Positions 63,101 to 64,000 of a stretch of 64,000 bases of DNA are shown in pieces. Under the pieces are notes generated by a model. The model worked only from the letters and a program-made list of their open reading frames with translations. It searched no databases and was not told where the DNA came from. Source of the DNA: an uncultured bacterium (GTDB taxonomy: Bacteria > UBA8481); contig CAZCME010000003.1 of assembly GCA_964499705.1 (NCBI GenBank), positions 186,001-250,000 of the forward strand. The letters run 5' to 3'. Both the position numbers and the translations under genes were made by a program. Position 1 is the stretch's first letter; each line of letters begins with the position of its first letter.

Positions 63101-63547
63101 GGCGCGCGCCTGCTCCAGCTCTTCCGCGGCGAACAGGGTGCCGGCGTGATCGCGTTTTCCGGCGCGCTTATACAAGCGGCGTCGACCCTGAGCGATTCCG
63201 ATGAGATTGCGCTGATCACTCTCGCGTTGCGGAATGACAATATCATGCTCCGGAGCACCGCATGGAACGCTCTCGACCTGCGTCTGCAGTATGGCCGTTA
63301 CAACTCATCCATCCGGACCATCGTCGATTTCATGAAAAGCGCTGACGAGGATTTCCGCGCGACGGCGCGAGATCACATCCAGAGATATTGCCGGGGCTGG
63401 ACGCGTGAAGAGCGCGTCGAATGGGCGGAGTCGCTGACGGACGAAGAGCGGAATATGCTTGGGCTCATCCGTGATTACTTCATCGAATACCGCCGGCAGC
63501 CTCCCCGGTCGTCTGCGTCGCAAGCGCTCCCTGGCGGCATTTACTGA
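60170..63547 (+). CDS. Large secreted HEAT/ARM-repeat protein
   Basis: 1125-aa frame; signal peptide; HPSPFMRAVA, HPFPLVRHQAA, DEEPALKFA HEAT-like motifs. Confidence 0.7.
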   Translation: MPIRLEKWILRFSMPAGIVAAVLLFPVSGAAAEWNDGILSADALHSISMAKNDLLAGCPEHVRGRLGRLRLSRNEDTTEAEWFIAHADESKFWMKKLLLAGSLEYWNTSTIFAQMGDPEFPFVLAYAARLQEGSYGNLPRDPDTAFQHASADQIRNLIRYYGDGADGGASYLVRLLIARDRADERDLLRDYIRLTERLPFSEYQTLDIDISRDTDLMEALAARWQVIGSENSAYYIRNSLHPLAVLIRAAAWNQSGQYLRNEGEDAIVWNHLSESEVRLLEDADDTRILPLICGSAGRHRHYPDNGEFYRSLPPDSDAAEKYWSIARGRSSWFTRRAIVISAAELLDTPQARALARIVLQSAETDPRVISAAFQCIRKPEDQFIETLEEYSRNTDAYLAAEALRALTRIRAGRRVFSIATRYYIGHPSPFMRAVARDLLLSLLPDDDAATALLSGMRWDLIRETGPTTFWGNSAIQAALDADRGRHPELTGALIEMLTTELETSTFHVEDTPSLTPTLVALRAHPFPLVRHQAALLLAAYGPDSERIKVLDEAIAALEHEKFTTSYYRAVTLLKTYAGPRQVERLADMLRTYPDSPYSSIVMDILSARGGETSIRAFVRIIADTGSPLYISALRALHAQNNTPCSELARAALADAAYFGPREFADEAMAMLLRTYADDVEGREQLLLRAIRSQGRFPPVTIADIAAIGFSIEYMNDFQRLRIGMPNYPISYDARTWDPIPLLHSEFHDSPQEKRALLARVLMLLGDPRSIVELRSHLSDEEPALKFAIWSSFSELKRKHKAPDSYPPIRDSGAEFARFLPPDFHDYIMREQVLSLLADLRSPSALGYVERLVNTWKGRDGSTLHVEVAYLKSLSPDPRALRLLVRFTGKDLHGTTQSHAISALADLDRLDLVASRLAEIFARGHSEDNSLLMTVLGALKKEHGMVWGESVLALLVPANEYFWSAAADALSRMSFPGKGARLLQLFRGEQGAGVIAFSGALIQAASTLSDSDEIALITLALRNDNIMLRSTAWNALDLRLQYGRYNSSIRTIVDFMKSADEDFRATARDHIQRYCRGWTREERVEWAESLTDEERNMLGLIRDYFIEYRRQPPRSSASQALPGGIY

Positions 63548-63798
63548 GCTCCAACGGATGGGAATATCCATCCTGCGGGCACGCACTGAAGTATAGCCTG
63601 GGGAGTGCCTTTGGGGAAAGGTGATGGCGATCGAGACTGCTCGATCAGGTCTGGCGGATCGCGCGGTATTATCTCGATCGTGTGTTGCGCGGTTCTCTTG
63701 CTCTGTCCGCGCCGTTGTTGGAGCTTGGACGGGGGACTTCTGTGCGTTCCGATTTGCGATTTACGAATGACGGATTAGGAATTACGATCCCCTTTCCC

Positions 63799-64000
63799 AT
63801 GGGAACTTCCGACAGAATAGGGCTTACGGTCATCACTCCGGCTTTCAACGAGTCCCTCAACCTGCCGCTTTTTTACGAGGCGCTGAAGGAGGTTGCGGCG
63901 AAGGAGAATTACGACTGGGAGTGGATCGCGATCGACGATCATTCGCGGGATAACACTTTCGAGATCCTGTCGGACCTGGCGAAGAAAGACCCGCGCGTGA
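63799..64000 (+). CDS. Glycosyltransferase family 2 (GtrB-like), runs off the window
   Basis: Manual translation: LTVITPAFNESLNL...WIAIDDHSRDNT. Confidence 0.88.
   Translation, partial: MGTSDRIGLTVITPAFNESLNLPLFYEALKEVAAKENYDWEWIAIDDHSRDNTFEILSDLAKKDPRV

Overview
GC-rich chromosomal window from a flagellated bacterium that is probably diderm (many lipoproteins, AmpG, Slt70-like enzyme) and possibly from a poorly characterised lineage. No rRNA, tRNA or CRISPR array is seen. Housekeeping content: leuC/leuD; a PilZ-HAD-HDOD signalling cluster; a CHASE2 class III adenylate cyclase divergent from a FecR-pseudopilin-like fusion lipoprotein; the basal-body operon flgB-flgC-fliE-fliF-fliG-fliH-fliI-fliJ-SLT-MotE/FlbB-like; oppD/oppF; cysK/metB; purA, apt, cinA, lipA; a peptidoglycan-recycling cluster (slt, ampG, nagZ, anmK, murQ); lemA-htpX; SpoIID; qNOR (norB) with an NnrR-type regulator and its binding site; TPR/HEAT proteins; and a partial GT2. 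Most unusual items: (1) a ~4.6-kb island at the murQ-anmK junction, bounded by 111-bp direct repeats and IS91-like termini, carrying a secreted protein with a nucleotidyltransferase-like motif plus a coupled membrane protein; (2) a four-copy MITE family with 9-bp target duplications; (3) two candidate sRNAs with C-rich apical loops, one behind a sigma-28-type promoter; (4) a lipoprotein with three Cx8Cx6CxCx5Cx4C repeats; (5) a FecR-GspG-like fusion; (6) a GYF_2-DHH fusion paired with a 46% acidic small protein; (7) widespread leaderless promoter architecture. Family calls come from motif recognition by eye, not database searches.
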